DNA of 64,000 bases. It comes from a virus. The notes under the pieces are model-generated. The model saw only the letters and a list, made by a program, of their open reading frames with translations, ran no database searches and was not told where the DNA came from. The position numbers and the translations under genes were made by a program. The stretch is from IMG/VR virus record IMGVR_UViG_3300031720_000002, positions 2,667 to 66,666 of that record; one strand, given 5' to 3'. Positions 1 to 8,361 of the stretch are shown piece after piece (the first letter of the stretch is position 1; each line of letters begins with the position of its first letter).

Positions 1-5
1 AGCTG

Positions 6-467
6 ATGTTCACCATCAAGACGGAGATCCTCGAAGGCACGGACGCCAAGAGGAAGATGACCACGAACCTCACGGTCTCTCCGGAGAACGGCACGGCGCT
101 CGCGATCTTCTTCCAGAACATGGCGGCCATCGGCATCCCGGATTCGTTCTTCGCCCAGGAGCCGCAGCCCGACCAGATCGCGCAGGCCATGATCGGTCGC
201 GAGGTGACCGTCGTCGTCAAGCACGAGACCTGGCAGGGCGTGAAGCGCGGCAAGATCGATCGCTGGCTCAACACGGGTGCTGGCATTCCCGGCGTTCCCA
301 CCGGTCCACTGGCCCCGGGCGCGGTGGTCGGTGCGCCTGGACCTGTGCTGCCGACCTCCAGCTCGTCCGTCGCGGCCGTTCCGACTACGCCTGCGGTACC
401 GACCACTCCGCCCGCCGGCGCCGGTCCGGTGGCTCCGAGCGACGCTCCGCCGCCGCTGCCGATCTGA
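6..467 (+). CDS. ssDNA-binding protein-like (DUF669-like), probably 5'-truncated by the window edge
   Basis: OB-fold-like segment (MIGREVTVVVKHETWQG) followed by a Pro/Ala-rich tail ending PPPLPI; replication-arm context. Confidence 0.55.
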   Translation: MFTIKTEILEGTDAKRKMTTNLTVSPENGTALAIFFQNMAAIGIPDSFFAQEPQPDQIAQAMIGREVTVVVKHETWQGVKRGKIDRWLNTGAGIPGVPTGPLAPGAVVGAPGPVLPTSSSSVAAVPTTPAVPTTPPAGAGPVAPSDAPPPLPI

Positions 468-563
468 CGAACCGTAACTGACGAATTTGTGGTAGGGTAA
501 GTACGAGGGCGGTTGGATCCCCGCCAGCCGCCCTCACTTATGTCCTCATACAGATGGAGACAG

Positions 564-779
564 ATGATGAAACGACAGACACCACTTCACGAGATTCTAC
601 GTCAGCGGCGTGTTGACCTTGTCATCACGCAGCAAAAGCTCGCCGCTAAAATGGGCGTCGCGCAGAGCATGGTCTCTGATTGGGAATCCGGACGTGTTTC
701 CCCTTACTACGATAACATTGTGAAGTGGACGACAGCACTCGGCATCACACTCGTCCCTACCCTCACGGAGTGGCTGTGA
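564..779 (+). CDS. XRE-family HTH transcriptional regulator
   Basis: ITQQKLAAKMGVAQSMVSDWESG HTH signature; GGAG RBS at 556-559; TGGTAGGGT extended -10 at about 490. Confidence 0.85.
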   Translation: MMKRQTPLHEILRQRRVDLVITQQKLAAKMGVAQSMVSDWESGRVSPYYDNIVKWTTALGITLVPTLTEWL

Positions 780-1840
780 CACGTATCGCACTCATCACCA
801 CGACCATCAACGTCCCAACGGTGCTCACCCAGTGGGCCAAGTCAGGAATGATTAGCGATGACATCATCATCGTCGCAGGTGACCAAAAGTCTCCACACCG
901 TGAGATTGTTGACCTACTCGCCGCAATCGAGCGCGAGACTGGCGTCGTTGGGATATACAGCCCACCAAAGATGCAGGACCTCTGGGCTATCTCGGAGAAG
1001 ATCGGCTGGAACTGCATTCAGCGTCGTAACATCGCGCTACTCGAGGCGATGATGTATAACCCCCAGTACATCCTCACGATCGATGACGACAACGCGCCTA
1101 CATCAGGCTCCCAGGTCACACAGCTCGTTGACATCATGGAGCACCGTATCACGGGCTATGAGTCCGCGCACAGTCAGGCCATCAGCACGAACACAGGGTG
1201 GTACAACCCGGGACGACAGTGCCTCACTGATCATCTTCGTCCCGTCGTCCACCGCGGGTTCCCGTTGTCCCAACGGTTCGTCGCGCCGCTCATCACGCAC
1301 ACGAAGATGGCGCCCGTTGGTGTCGCTGCGATGTTGTGGACGGGTGAGCCCGACATCGACGCGGTGGAACGCATCGCGGTGCGACCCAATGTGACGCGCA
1401 TCGGTCGTCCGAACTTCGTTCTCACTCCCGGCACGTGGGCGCCATTCAACACGCAGGCGACGATGGTTCGCGGTGACCTCGCTCCCGCACTGTTCATGTG
1501 GCCCCACGTCGGTCGGTACGACGACATCTGGGCTAGCTATGTCTACCGCAAGGTCGCAGACAAGCGTGGCTACGGTGCGTATTACGGTCACCCCGCGGTG
1601 CACCAGGACCGCAACGAGCACGACCTCGTGAAGGATCTCGAGCAGGAGATCTTCGGAATGCGGTGGAACGAGTCGATCATCCGCCTCATCCAGGACGTGA
1701 ACCTCGATCCCGACGCCGACGTGATTAGCGACGTCACTCGAATCTTCGCCGATCTCGTCATGCTCGCGCATCCTCTTCCCGACGAGACGAAGTACGCGCT
1801 TGGCGCATGGATCGATGATGTGGAGGCCATTAATGGGTAA
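776..1840 (+). CDS. GT75/RGP-STELLO-like protein (NDP-sugar pyranose/furanose mutase-like)
   Basis: Motifs ITTTIN, AGDQKSP, RRNIA, TIDDDN, HRGFP, GEPDIDA, PFNTQ, GRYDDIW, HQDRNEHDLVKDL; GTG start overlaps the HTH stop (GTGA). Confidence 0.75.
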   Translation: MTRIALITTTINVPTVLTQWAKSGMISDDIIIVAGDQKSPHREIVDLLAAIERETGVVGIYSPPKMQDLWAISEKIGWNCIQRRNIALLEAMMYNPQYILTIDDDNAPTSGSQVTQLVDIMEHRITGYESAHSQAISTNTGWYNPGRQCLTDHLRPVVHRGFPLSQRFVAPLITHTKMAPVGVAAMLWTGEPDIDAVERIAVRPNVTRIGRPNFVLTPGTWAPFNTQATMVRGDLAPALFMWPHVGRYDDIWASYVYRKVADKRGYGAYYGHPAVHQDRNEHDLVKDLEQEIFGMRWNESIIRLIQDVNLDPDADVISDVTRIFADLVMLAHPLPDETKYALGAWIDDVEAING

Positions 1841-3152
1841 GATCGTCGGCTACGGTAAGCTCGGGCGCTCGATGCCCCTCACGCTGGAGAAGTGCGCGAA
1901 TCTTGGTGGCGACGTCGAGATGGTCGCAGTGGTGAAGGAGCTCGCACTTCGCCATCCCGACGACACGTTCCTCTTGCTCGGTCGCAACACTGGCGAGATT
2001 CCTACGAAGGTCGGAATGCCGGCGAACGTCGTCAATCCGTGGGCCGAGTGGGGTTGGTCAGAGCGTCTTCTCCGTGAGGGAACACCGATCAGGAAGAAGT
2101 ACGCGATCAACCCGAATGGCTCGAACCTCGCGGTGCAGGGCCACATCGAGATGCGTGAACTCTTCCGTGACATCACCGAAAAGACGTTCGTCAAGTGTGA
2201 TGGTCACGTCTTCTGGGTCGGTCAGCACGGCTCAACGAACACGCCAGTGCCAAAGATCGAGGACATGTCCATCCTCACGAAGCCGCACGACTGGTGCGCG
2301 TACTACGCGTCGCACATTCTCCTGGGCGTCAACGCTTGGCGTGATGCACACCCAGACAAGGACGTCGTCTGGCTCAACGCTGACGCCCGTAACAAGCACA
2401 AGATGCGGGATCTCAAGCACAAGCTCATCAATCCCATCCTCACCCAGTACACCTTCTCCCACAACCTCAAGCACGAGCAGTACGACGGCACGCCGCCCAT
2501 CACTGGCGCTGTGCACAACATCTACTCGCGCCTCGAGGTCAATGGCCTCGCACCCGGGACGCCGTTTGGTGACCTCATTACGTACAACCCATCGCCCAAC
2601 TTCCGCAAGTACCGCTTCGGCATGTTCATCAACGAGGCACGCGCCATTGGCGTGAAGGCGGGCATGGATCGTCTCTCTGTGATGAAACAGTGGGTGCTGC
2701 CGCTCATCGAGAACAACAGCGAGGAGAACCCCCACTGGATTCATGGCACGTGGAGTCCCCAGTCGCAGTCAGAGCTTGGCTTCGAGATCAATCCCGCGCC
2801 GTGGGATCAGTATTATCCGATGCTCAACGACACGTTGTGCACGTTCACGACGCCGTCCAGTGGCTCCCACTGGGCGACTGCAAAGCCGTGGGAAGCGTTC
2901 GCTGGTGGAACGATCTGCTTCTTCCACCCAGACTACGACAAGCAGGACAACATCCTGCATGACGCGCATCCCAACCTCCGTGAGTGGCTGCGCGTGAAGA
3001 CTCCCAAGGATCTCAAGACACGTGTCGCTGCCGTGACGGCCAACGCGTCCACTGCGAGCTGGCTCATTCAGCGACAGCGTGAGCACTTTGTGCGAGCCAT
3101 TGAGGATAAGCGGTATCTCAAGACCATCGAGGAGATGATCTGGAATGGGTAA
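1833..3152 (+). CDS. GT-B-like glycosyltransferase, putative DNA-modifying
   Basis: N-terminal GYGKLGRS...GGDVE; C-terminal YYPML...TTPSSGSHWATAKPWEAFAGGTICFFHPDYD donor-binding-like motif; GGAGG RBS; lies between sugar enzymes and a dNTPase. Confidence 0.6.
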   Translation: MGKIVGYGKLGRSMPLTLEKCANLGGDVEMVAVVKELALRHPDDTFLLLGRNTGEIPTKVGMPANVVNPWAEWGWSERLLREGTPIRKKYAINPNGSNLAVQGHIEMRELFRDITEKTFVKCDGHVFWVGQHGSTNTPVPKIEDMSILTKPHDWCAYYASHILLGVNAWRDAHPDKDVVWLNADARNKHKMRDLKHKLINPILTQYTFSHNLKHEQYDGTPPITGAVHNIYSRLEVNGLAPGTPFGDLITYNPSPNFRKYRFGMFINEARAIGVKAGMDRLSVMKQWVLPLIENNSEENPHWIHGTWSPQSQSELGFEINPAPWDQYYPMLNDTLCTFTTPSSGSHWATAKPWEAFAGGTICFFHPDYDKQDNILHDAHPNLREWLRVKTPKDLKTRVAAVTANASTASWLIQRQREHFVRAIEDKRYLKTIEEMIWNG

Positions 3153-4065
3153 GCGAGCACTCGTGACCGGCGCTGCCGGGTTCGTCGGACGACACATGAC
3201 GAACCACCTTCACAGTCAGGGATGGGACGTCGCACGGTGTGACATCGTTGGTCCAATGGCGTGGACCATGCACGACTTCAACGATGTGACGCGGTGGAAC
3301 GACATCCGCTACGACATCGTCGTCCACTGCGCGGCGGTGGGTGCACATCGCGCCGCCATCGATGGCCAGCCTCACACGTTCGCGAAGAACATGCGACTCG
3401 ACGCCGCGCTCTTCGACTGGGCGATCAAGACGAAGCAGCGTCGCGTCATCTACATCTCGTCCAGTGCGGCATACCCCATCGAGTATCAGAACATCCTCGG
3501 CGGCGATCACGAGATGCGCCTCGAGGAGGACATGATCGACCTCTGGCACCCACGTCTCGCTGATGGCACGTACGGCGTCACGAAGCTGACCGGAGAGCAC
3601 CTCGCTAGAGCCGCTCGAGCCGCCGGCGTACCAGTTACCGTCGTGCGACCGTTCAGTGGCTACGGTGAGGATCAGGGTCCCGATTGGCCGTTCGGAGCGT
3701 TCGTCCAGCGGATCGGCGCCGGCTTCGGTCAGTCGTCCACGAATCCGTTCGTGATCTGGGGCAGCATGAAGCAGCGACGTGACTGGATCCACATCGACGA
3801 CGTCATCCATGGCATGCTCGCCATCGCGGAGTCCAAGACGGAGGATCCCGTCAATCTGTGCACGGGCGTACCCACGTCCATGAAGGACCTCGTCATGATG
3901 ATGGCGAACGTGATGGGCTACGACGAGTTTCACCTCACCGAAGACCGCGACGCTCCGATGGGCGTGTTGAACCGTGTCGGAAGTCCTGACCGATTCTTCG
4001 AGTACTATGAACCAAAGATCACGCTCGAAGAGGGCGTGTACCGAGCGTTGTGGGGCCACAAGTGA
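3145..4065 (+). CDS. NAD-dependent NDP-sugar epimerase/dehydratase (extended SDR)
   Basis: TGAAGFVG Rossmann motif, ISSSAAY, catalytic YGVTK, RDWIHIDD. Confidence 0.92.
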   Translation: MGKRALVTGAAGFVGRHMTNHLHSQGWDVARCDIVGPMAWTMHDFNDVTRWNDIRYDIVVHCAAVGAHRAAIDGQPHTFAKNMRLDAALFDWAIKTKQRRVIYISSSAAYPIEYQNILGGDHEMRLEEDMIDLWHPRLADGTYGVTKLTGEHLARAARAAGVPVTVVRPFSGYGEDQGPDWPFGAFVQRIGAGFGQSSTNPFVIWGSMKQRRDWIHIDDVIHGMLAIAESKTEDPVNLCTGVPTSMKDLVMMMANVMGYDEFHLTEDRDAPMGVLNRVGSPDRFFEYYEPKITLEEGVYRALWGHK

Positions 4066-4067
4066 CG

Positions 4068-4433
4068 ATGGACCGTCTCGAAGAGATGCTCAAGCTGCAG
4101 GACGAACTGCAGGAGCGATACACGGGCACTTCGCCAATCGACCTCGTCGGCGAGGGTCGCAAGGACTACGTGAGGACGATGGTCCTCGCTTGCACGGATG
4201 AACTTCACGAGGCTCTCCGCGAGGTCCCGTGGAAGCCGTGGTCCGGCAACACGCTGTGGGACAAGGACAGCGAGATCAACTTCAAGCTCGAACTCGTCGA
4301 CGCGTTCCACTTCTTCATGAACCTCATGCTCGTCTCGGGCATGACGGCGGACGAGCTCTTCACTGAGTACCTTCGCAAGAACGGGATCAACCACAGTCGC
4401 ATCGATGGCGGCTACTCCAGCCCCACTGGGTGA
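4068..4433 (+). CDS. Dimeric all-alpha dUTPase/dCTPase (MazG superfamily)
   Basis: DELHEALREVPWKPW, ELVDAFHFFMNL, YLRKNGINHSR; alternative GTG start at 4062. Confidence 0.85.
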   Translation: MDRLEEMLKLQDELQERYTGTSPIDLVGEGRKDYVRTMVLACTDELHEALREVPWKPWSGNTLWDKDSEINFKLELVDAFHFFMNLMLVSGMTADELFTEYLRKNGINHSRIDGGYSSPTG

Positions 4434-4454
4434 CAACCCGATACTATCGATCCC

Positions 4455-6101
4455 ATGACTCATCGCTTTGTCGACGCGCTCGGATTCGCGGGCGGATTCA
4501 CCCTGGGTATGGTCCAAGCCGGATTCGAGCTCGTCGGCAAGCGTGAGATGAAGGGTGGTTTCGGTGTCGCCAACTGCGAGGCTAATCGCCATCTGCTGGG
4601 ACAGGGATGGAAGGCTGAGTCAGTTGATCCGACCCAGTGGAGCGTCGTGGACGCTGACGCCGTCACGGGCAACCCACCTTGCTCTGGTTTCTCAGGAATG
4701 TCAGCGAAGCACTTCCGAGGAGCCAACTCTCCCATCAATCACTGCATGTGGGCGTTCGTCGACTACGTCGCCCGCGTGAAGCCGCAGATCGCGGCGTTCG
4801 AGTCAGTGCAACTTGCCTTCACGCGTGAGGACGGCCTCGCCCTCATGCGAGCCCTCCGAACGAAACTGGAGGAAGCGACAGGTGACAGGTGGACGCTCTT
4901 TCACGTTCTACACAACGCATACAGCCTCGGCGGAGTCGCGCATCGCCGACGTTATTTTTGGGTCGCAACTCGCATCCCGTTCGGCATCGAGTGGCCTCAT
5001 CGAGACAAGCTGCCTGTGTTGGACGACGCTATCGGCGACTTGGAACATCAGCCCCAAGGCTGGGCTGCCGCACCTCTTGTGGGCAATCCTTCCTGGTGGG
5101 CCGCACCTCGCACGCGTGACGACCTTCACGTGGACGGGCACGTGTCAGTGCGTGCTCCGCTCGTTCAGCGAGTGGTTGACCTTCTGCAAGGCGTGGAGTG
5201 GAACGGCGGCGAGCACCTTGCTCGACTTGCGCGCCGCTACTATGACACGTACGGACAGTTGCCCGCTTCATGGGCAGCCACGCAGGACAAGGTCGTCGCA
5301 AACGACTTCAACCTCGGATACAACACACCCGTCAGATGGAAGGGCGACGAGCCAGCGCGTGTTATCACGGGAGCAGGTCCGATCGTGGCGTTCCATCCAC
5401 GCCTGCAGCGACCGCTGACGCACCGTGAGGTCGCTCGCGTGATGGGCTTCCCGGACACGTGGCTCATCGACCCGATCAAGAACACACCGGGTCTCGTGAT
5501 GACGTGGGGCAAGGGCATCACGGTCGACTGTGGTCGCTGGATCGGCTCGTGGATCTACGATGCACTGGATGGAGAACCGGGCAAGTACCACGGCGAACGC
5601 ATCGGTGATCGCGAGTTTCTCATCGATACCACATACGCATGGCACTTGAACCTGGTACAGTCGACATTGACGCTCAGAAGATTCCGTAAACTCATTGGAG
5701 GTAACATCATGACCGAGCCTGTTGCGGCTCCCGAGGTTCCCGTCACCGAGGGTGACGAGGCTCCCGTCGCCGAGGCCAGCACGTCGCGCGCCTCGAGTGG
5801 TCGTCCGCGTCCGCAGGCCACGCTCGAGCAGGACGCGAAGGTTCTCGAGTACCTGTCGGCGGAGGAGAACGCCGACGGCAAGACGAAGGCGGAGATCGGC
5901 ACCGCCCTCGAGCTGGCGACGAACAAGGTCTACCTCTCGCTGTGGCGCCTCGGCACGCGTGAGGGCAAGATCCACCGGACGGGCTCTGGCGCGTCCGCGA
6001 AGTGGGTGGCCGGCTCCGCTCCGGAGGTCGCTGATGACGCTGCCGCTCCTGCGGCCGACGTCGAGCAGCCCGCTCCCGCGGAGGAGCACGTCGCCATCTG
6101 A
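4455..6101 (+). CDS. Divergent C5-cytosine DNA methyltransferase homolog with in-frame C-terminal wHTH-like extension
   Basis: Motif IV GNPPCSGFS, VI FESV, VIII HRRRYF, IX LTHREVARVMGFPD, X WGKGI; leaderless start after TACTAT at 4442-4447. Confidence 0.8.
   Translation: MTHRFVDALGFAGGFTLGMVQAGFELVGKREMKGGFGVANCEANRHLLGQGWKAESVDPTQWSVVDADAVTGNPPCSGFSGMSAKHFRGANSPINHCMWAFVDYVARVKPQIAAFESVQLAFTREDGLALMRALRTKLEEATGDRWTLFHVLHNAYSLGGVAHRRRYFWVATRIPFGIEWPHRDKLPVLDDAIGDLEHQPQGWAAAPLVGNPSWWAAPRTRDDLHVDGHVSVRAPLVQRVVDLLQGVEWNGGEHLARLARRYYDTYGQLPASWAATQDKVVANDFNLGYNTPVRWKGDEPARVITGAGPIVAFHPRLQRPLTHREVARVMGFPDTWLIDPIKNTPGLVMTWGKGITVDCGRWIGSWIYDALDGEPGKYHGERIGDREFLIDTTYAWHLNLVQSTLTLRRFRKLIGGNIMTEPVAAPEVPVTEGDEAPVAEASTSRASSGRPRPQATLEQDAKVLEYLSAEENADGKTKAEIGTALELATNKVYLSLWRLGTREGKIHRTGSGASAKWVAGSAPEVADDAAAPAADVEQPAPAEEHVAI
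5709..6101 (+). CDS. Small acidic wHTH-like DNA-binding protein (internal in-frame start)
   Basis: GGAGG at 5697-5701 then ATG 5709; TGGTACAGT extended -10 at about 5653; GRPRP and KVLEYL...KTKAEIGTAL...KVYLSLWRL...GKI. Confidence 0.6.
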   Translation: MTEPVAAPEVPVTEGDEAPVAEASTSRASSGRPRPQATLEQDAKVLEYLSAEENADGKTKAEIGTALELATNKVYLSLWRLGTREGKIHRTGSGASAKWVAGSAPEVADDAAAPAADVEQPAPAEEHVAI

Positions 6102-6145
6102 CGGGTGACCCCCACCCTCGATGGGATCGCCGACGCGCGCCTCCC

Positions 6146-6182
6146 ACACTGCCCGAGTCTCGTTCAGAGACTCGGGCAGTGT
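6146..6182 (+). terminator. Hairpin terminator closing the modification operon
   Basis: Perfect 16-bp inverted repeat ACACTGCCCGAGTCTC / GAGACTCGGGCAGTGT. Confidence 0.75.
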
Positions 6183-6253
6183 CGTGTTTAGGATCGGTTA
6201 CCCATCAGTACACTACGTGATACAATCGCGCTAGTCACCCAGTGGGAGGCACC

Positions 6254-7198
6254 ATGCCGATCAACATGAATAGCCCGTACATCCGGGCAGAGGTGGTGCC
6301 CCAGTCGATCAACGACATGGGAACACGCCTCAAAGCCCACTATGGTGTGGGCGCCGATTCGTTCGGCAGCAAGGGCAACGAGTATCACGACTACGGGTAC
6401 CATCGTTCACGTAAGTGGATCCTCCTCGACCCGGACAGCCGCTACGGAACGAGCGACTACTCCGTCCAGACGTCACGCGACAACGGCGGCGACGAGGACT
6501 GGAACCGCGCGTTCGACTTCGTGCCGGGCGTGTGGGGCACGCAAGAAAACCGCCGACGCATGATCGAGATCACGACGCGCGTGTACAACGCAGCGAAGGC
6601 CCGTGATCCTCGCCTCAAGAACATGCGCGAGTTCGCCGGCACACTCGACGGCAAGAACGTCATCACCTTCAACTGCGCGGATGGCTCGCACAAGAGCCCA
6701 TTCGACATCACACACCTGGATCACTGTCACGGGTCCATGTACACAGACACCGCCGACGCTGACCACAACGGCATCGTCGACATCATGCTCGGAGAGGACG
6801 ACGACATGGGCGCTTCGCAGCTCGGCCCGTTCCAGCTGAACGCGGATCAGACGGCACTCACGCTTCCGCCCGTAGAGGCCGGTATCGCCGACCCTCGCCA
6901 GGTTTGGCTGAACGTGGGTGCGGATAGTTACGGACACCTGTACGCGCTCCGTATCTGGGCGTCGAACGGCGATGGCCACTGGTTCGCGGTGGACAGCAAG
7001 AACGCCGCGGACACGCAGCGTGCGGACGGTCTCTACAAGATCGACAATGGTGTCGCGCTGTCCATCCAGCTGACGAAGGGTGTGCGCATCCTCACCATCT
7101 CGCGCAAGGCGATCGATCCGGCTGGCCACGTCATCGACGCGTCGACCGATCACCCTGCCTTCGCCGGCTCGATCAGCGTCTGCTTCGAGCGCAAGTAA
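6254..7198 (+). CDS. Endolysin (Zn-peptidase-like N-terminal domain plus C-terminal putative binding domain)
   Basis: GYHRSR...DYSVQ...AFDF...HLDHCHGS putative Zn ligands; EDDDM linker; GGGAGG RBS; TGATACAAT -10 at about 6218; followed by membrane proteins. Confidence 0.7.
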   Translation: MPINMNSPYIRAEVVPQSINDMGTRLKAHYGVGADSFGSKGNEYHDYGYHRSRKWILLDPDSRYGTSDYSVQTSRDNGGDEDWNRAFDFVPGVWGTQENRRRMIEITTRVYNAAKARDPRLKNMREFAGTLDGKNVITFNCADGSHKSPFDITHLDHCHGSMYTDTADADHNGIVDIMLGEDDDMGASQLGPFQLNADQTALTLPPVEAGIADPRQVWLNVGADSYGHLYALRIWASNGDGHWFAVDSKNAADTQRADGLYKIDNGVALSIQLTKGVRILTISRKAIDPAGHVIDASTDHPAFAGSISVCFERK

Positions 7199-7201
7199 GC
7201 C

Positions 7202-7471
7202 GTGAACATCCCACTCGAGTTGTTCGTCAAAGAGTGGGGCCCTAGTGGGTTACTCGCGCTCTTCATCCTCCTTCTCATGTTTGGAAAGATCGTTCCCATC
7301 AGTGTGCACAAGGATGTGCGCCAGCAGCGGGATGAGTGGAAGAGGACCGCCGAGGAAGCCCTCAAGCAAAACACCGTGCTACTCGAGACGGCGCACACTG
7401 CGAACGCGACGTTTAAAGCCATCAAGGCTGTCGCCACACAGGAACCCGAGGCTCATGAGTCTGCTCACTAG
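7202..7471 (+). CDS. Lysis-cassette membrane protein (one TM plus coiled coil)
   Basis: GLLALFILLLMFGKIVP TM then a charged helix; directly after the endolysin. Confidence 0.7.
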   Translation: MNIPLELFVKEWGPSGLLALFILLLMFGKIVPISVHKDVRQQRDEWKRTAEEALKQNTVLLETAHTANATFKAIKAVATQEPEAHESAH

Positions 7472-7646
7472 GTGGTTGCGACGGCGGGGGCCATCACAGG
7501 AACTTGAGGCGGCGCAAGAAGCGCATCGAAACGTCGTCTCGCAGCGAGAAGAAGTCGCAGAAGTCACCACATCACTGCGAGAGAGTGTTCGTCGACCGAA
7601 CAACCTCGCGCCGCTCATCGAAAAGGCACTACGGAGCACGAGGTAA
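7455..7646 (+). CDS. Small lysis-cassette protein
   Basis: MSLLTRWLRRR...NNLAPLIEKAL; overlaps or abuts both neighbours. Confidence 0.55.
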   Translation: MSLLTRWLRRRGPSQELEAAQEAHRNVVSQREEVAEVTTSLRESVRRPNNLAPLIEKALRSTR

Positions 7647-7961
7647 ATGGAAGAAGTCTGGGTCGTATCGAGTAACGTCGCGCTGTTCTTCGCGGCAGTC
7701 GTCACCACCACACTCGTTGTGCTCTATGGCATTTTCACCCAGTGGGAACGCACCCAGGTCGGTCGACAGTTCATGCTGACGAAGACGTGCTTCGCCATCG
7801 TTCTCGATTTCTCCTCCATTGTCGTCGCTACGAATTCACGTGCATGGGAGTACACGCCCTACACGGCTGCGCGATTCATCATCTACGCCGTCGTGGGTAT
7901 CGTCATGCTGCGATGGCTCATCATCCTCATCCGCGCGCAACGCGCGCAGCAACGCTCGTAA
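7647..7961 (+). CDS. Putative holin (about 3 TM)
   Basis: Three hydrophobic segments, WERTQVGRQFM loop, basic C-terminus. Confidence 0.65.
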   Translation: MEEVWVVSSNVALFFAAVVTTTLVVLYGIFTQWERTQVGRQFMLTKTCFAIVLDFSSIVVATNSRAWEYTPYTAARFIIYAVVGIVMLRWLIILIRAQRAQQRS

Positions 7962-7971
7962 GAGGTGCATC

Positions 7972-8160
7972 ATGAACGATCTCAAGTTCCGCGCCGCACT
8001 CAAGTTCTACGTCGCTCTCGCCGCCGCCATCGCTGTGTCGATTCTCGCAGTGTATGGTCCAAACACGGCAGTGGGTCACGTTGCCACTGTCGTCATCGCT
8101 GTCGGTGGTGCGATCGGCGTGTTCCTCGCCAAGAATCAGGATCCGGACAAGACCTCGTAA
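7972..8160 (+). CDS. Holin-like membrane protein (2 TM)
   Basis: GAGGTG RBS; KFYVALAAAIAVSIL and VATVVIAVGGAIGVFLAKN. Confidence 0.65.
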   Translation: MNDLKFRAALKFYVALAAAIAVSILAVYGPNTAVGHVATVVIAVGGAIGVFLAKNQDPDKTS

Positions 8161-8197
8161 CCATCGTGCGGCGCGGGTGACGTCGCAGCCACCGATC

Positions 8198-8235
8198 GAG
8201 ACGGCCCAGTGGAAGAGGCGCCACTGGGCCGTTTC
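8198..8235 (+). terminator. Hairpin terminator after the lysis cassette
   Basis: GAGACGGCCCAGTGG / CCACTGGGCCGTTTC inverted repeat. Confidence 0.7.
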
Positions 8236-8361
8236 GTGCGTACAAAACTGGACAAACAGGTCGATATGTCAAATCCCCAGACCTCCCTGGGGCCACGTTC
8301 GGGCAACATCCGATAGTCCACCAACGGATAAAAATTTGACTGTACACGATATAATAATCTT

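Noticed and set aside
776-6101. TET/JBP-type post-replicative 5mC oxidation route
   Set aside because: No 2OG-Fe(II) dioxygenase (HxD...H) gene is recognisable in the window; the Asp-type TS offers a pre-replicative route instead
8240-8345. Physical genome end between the lysis terminator and the early promoters
   Set aside because: Only a short CCCCAG/CTGGGG palindrome and a change of gene class; no terminal repeat can be demonstrated from this window
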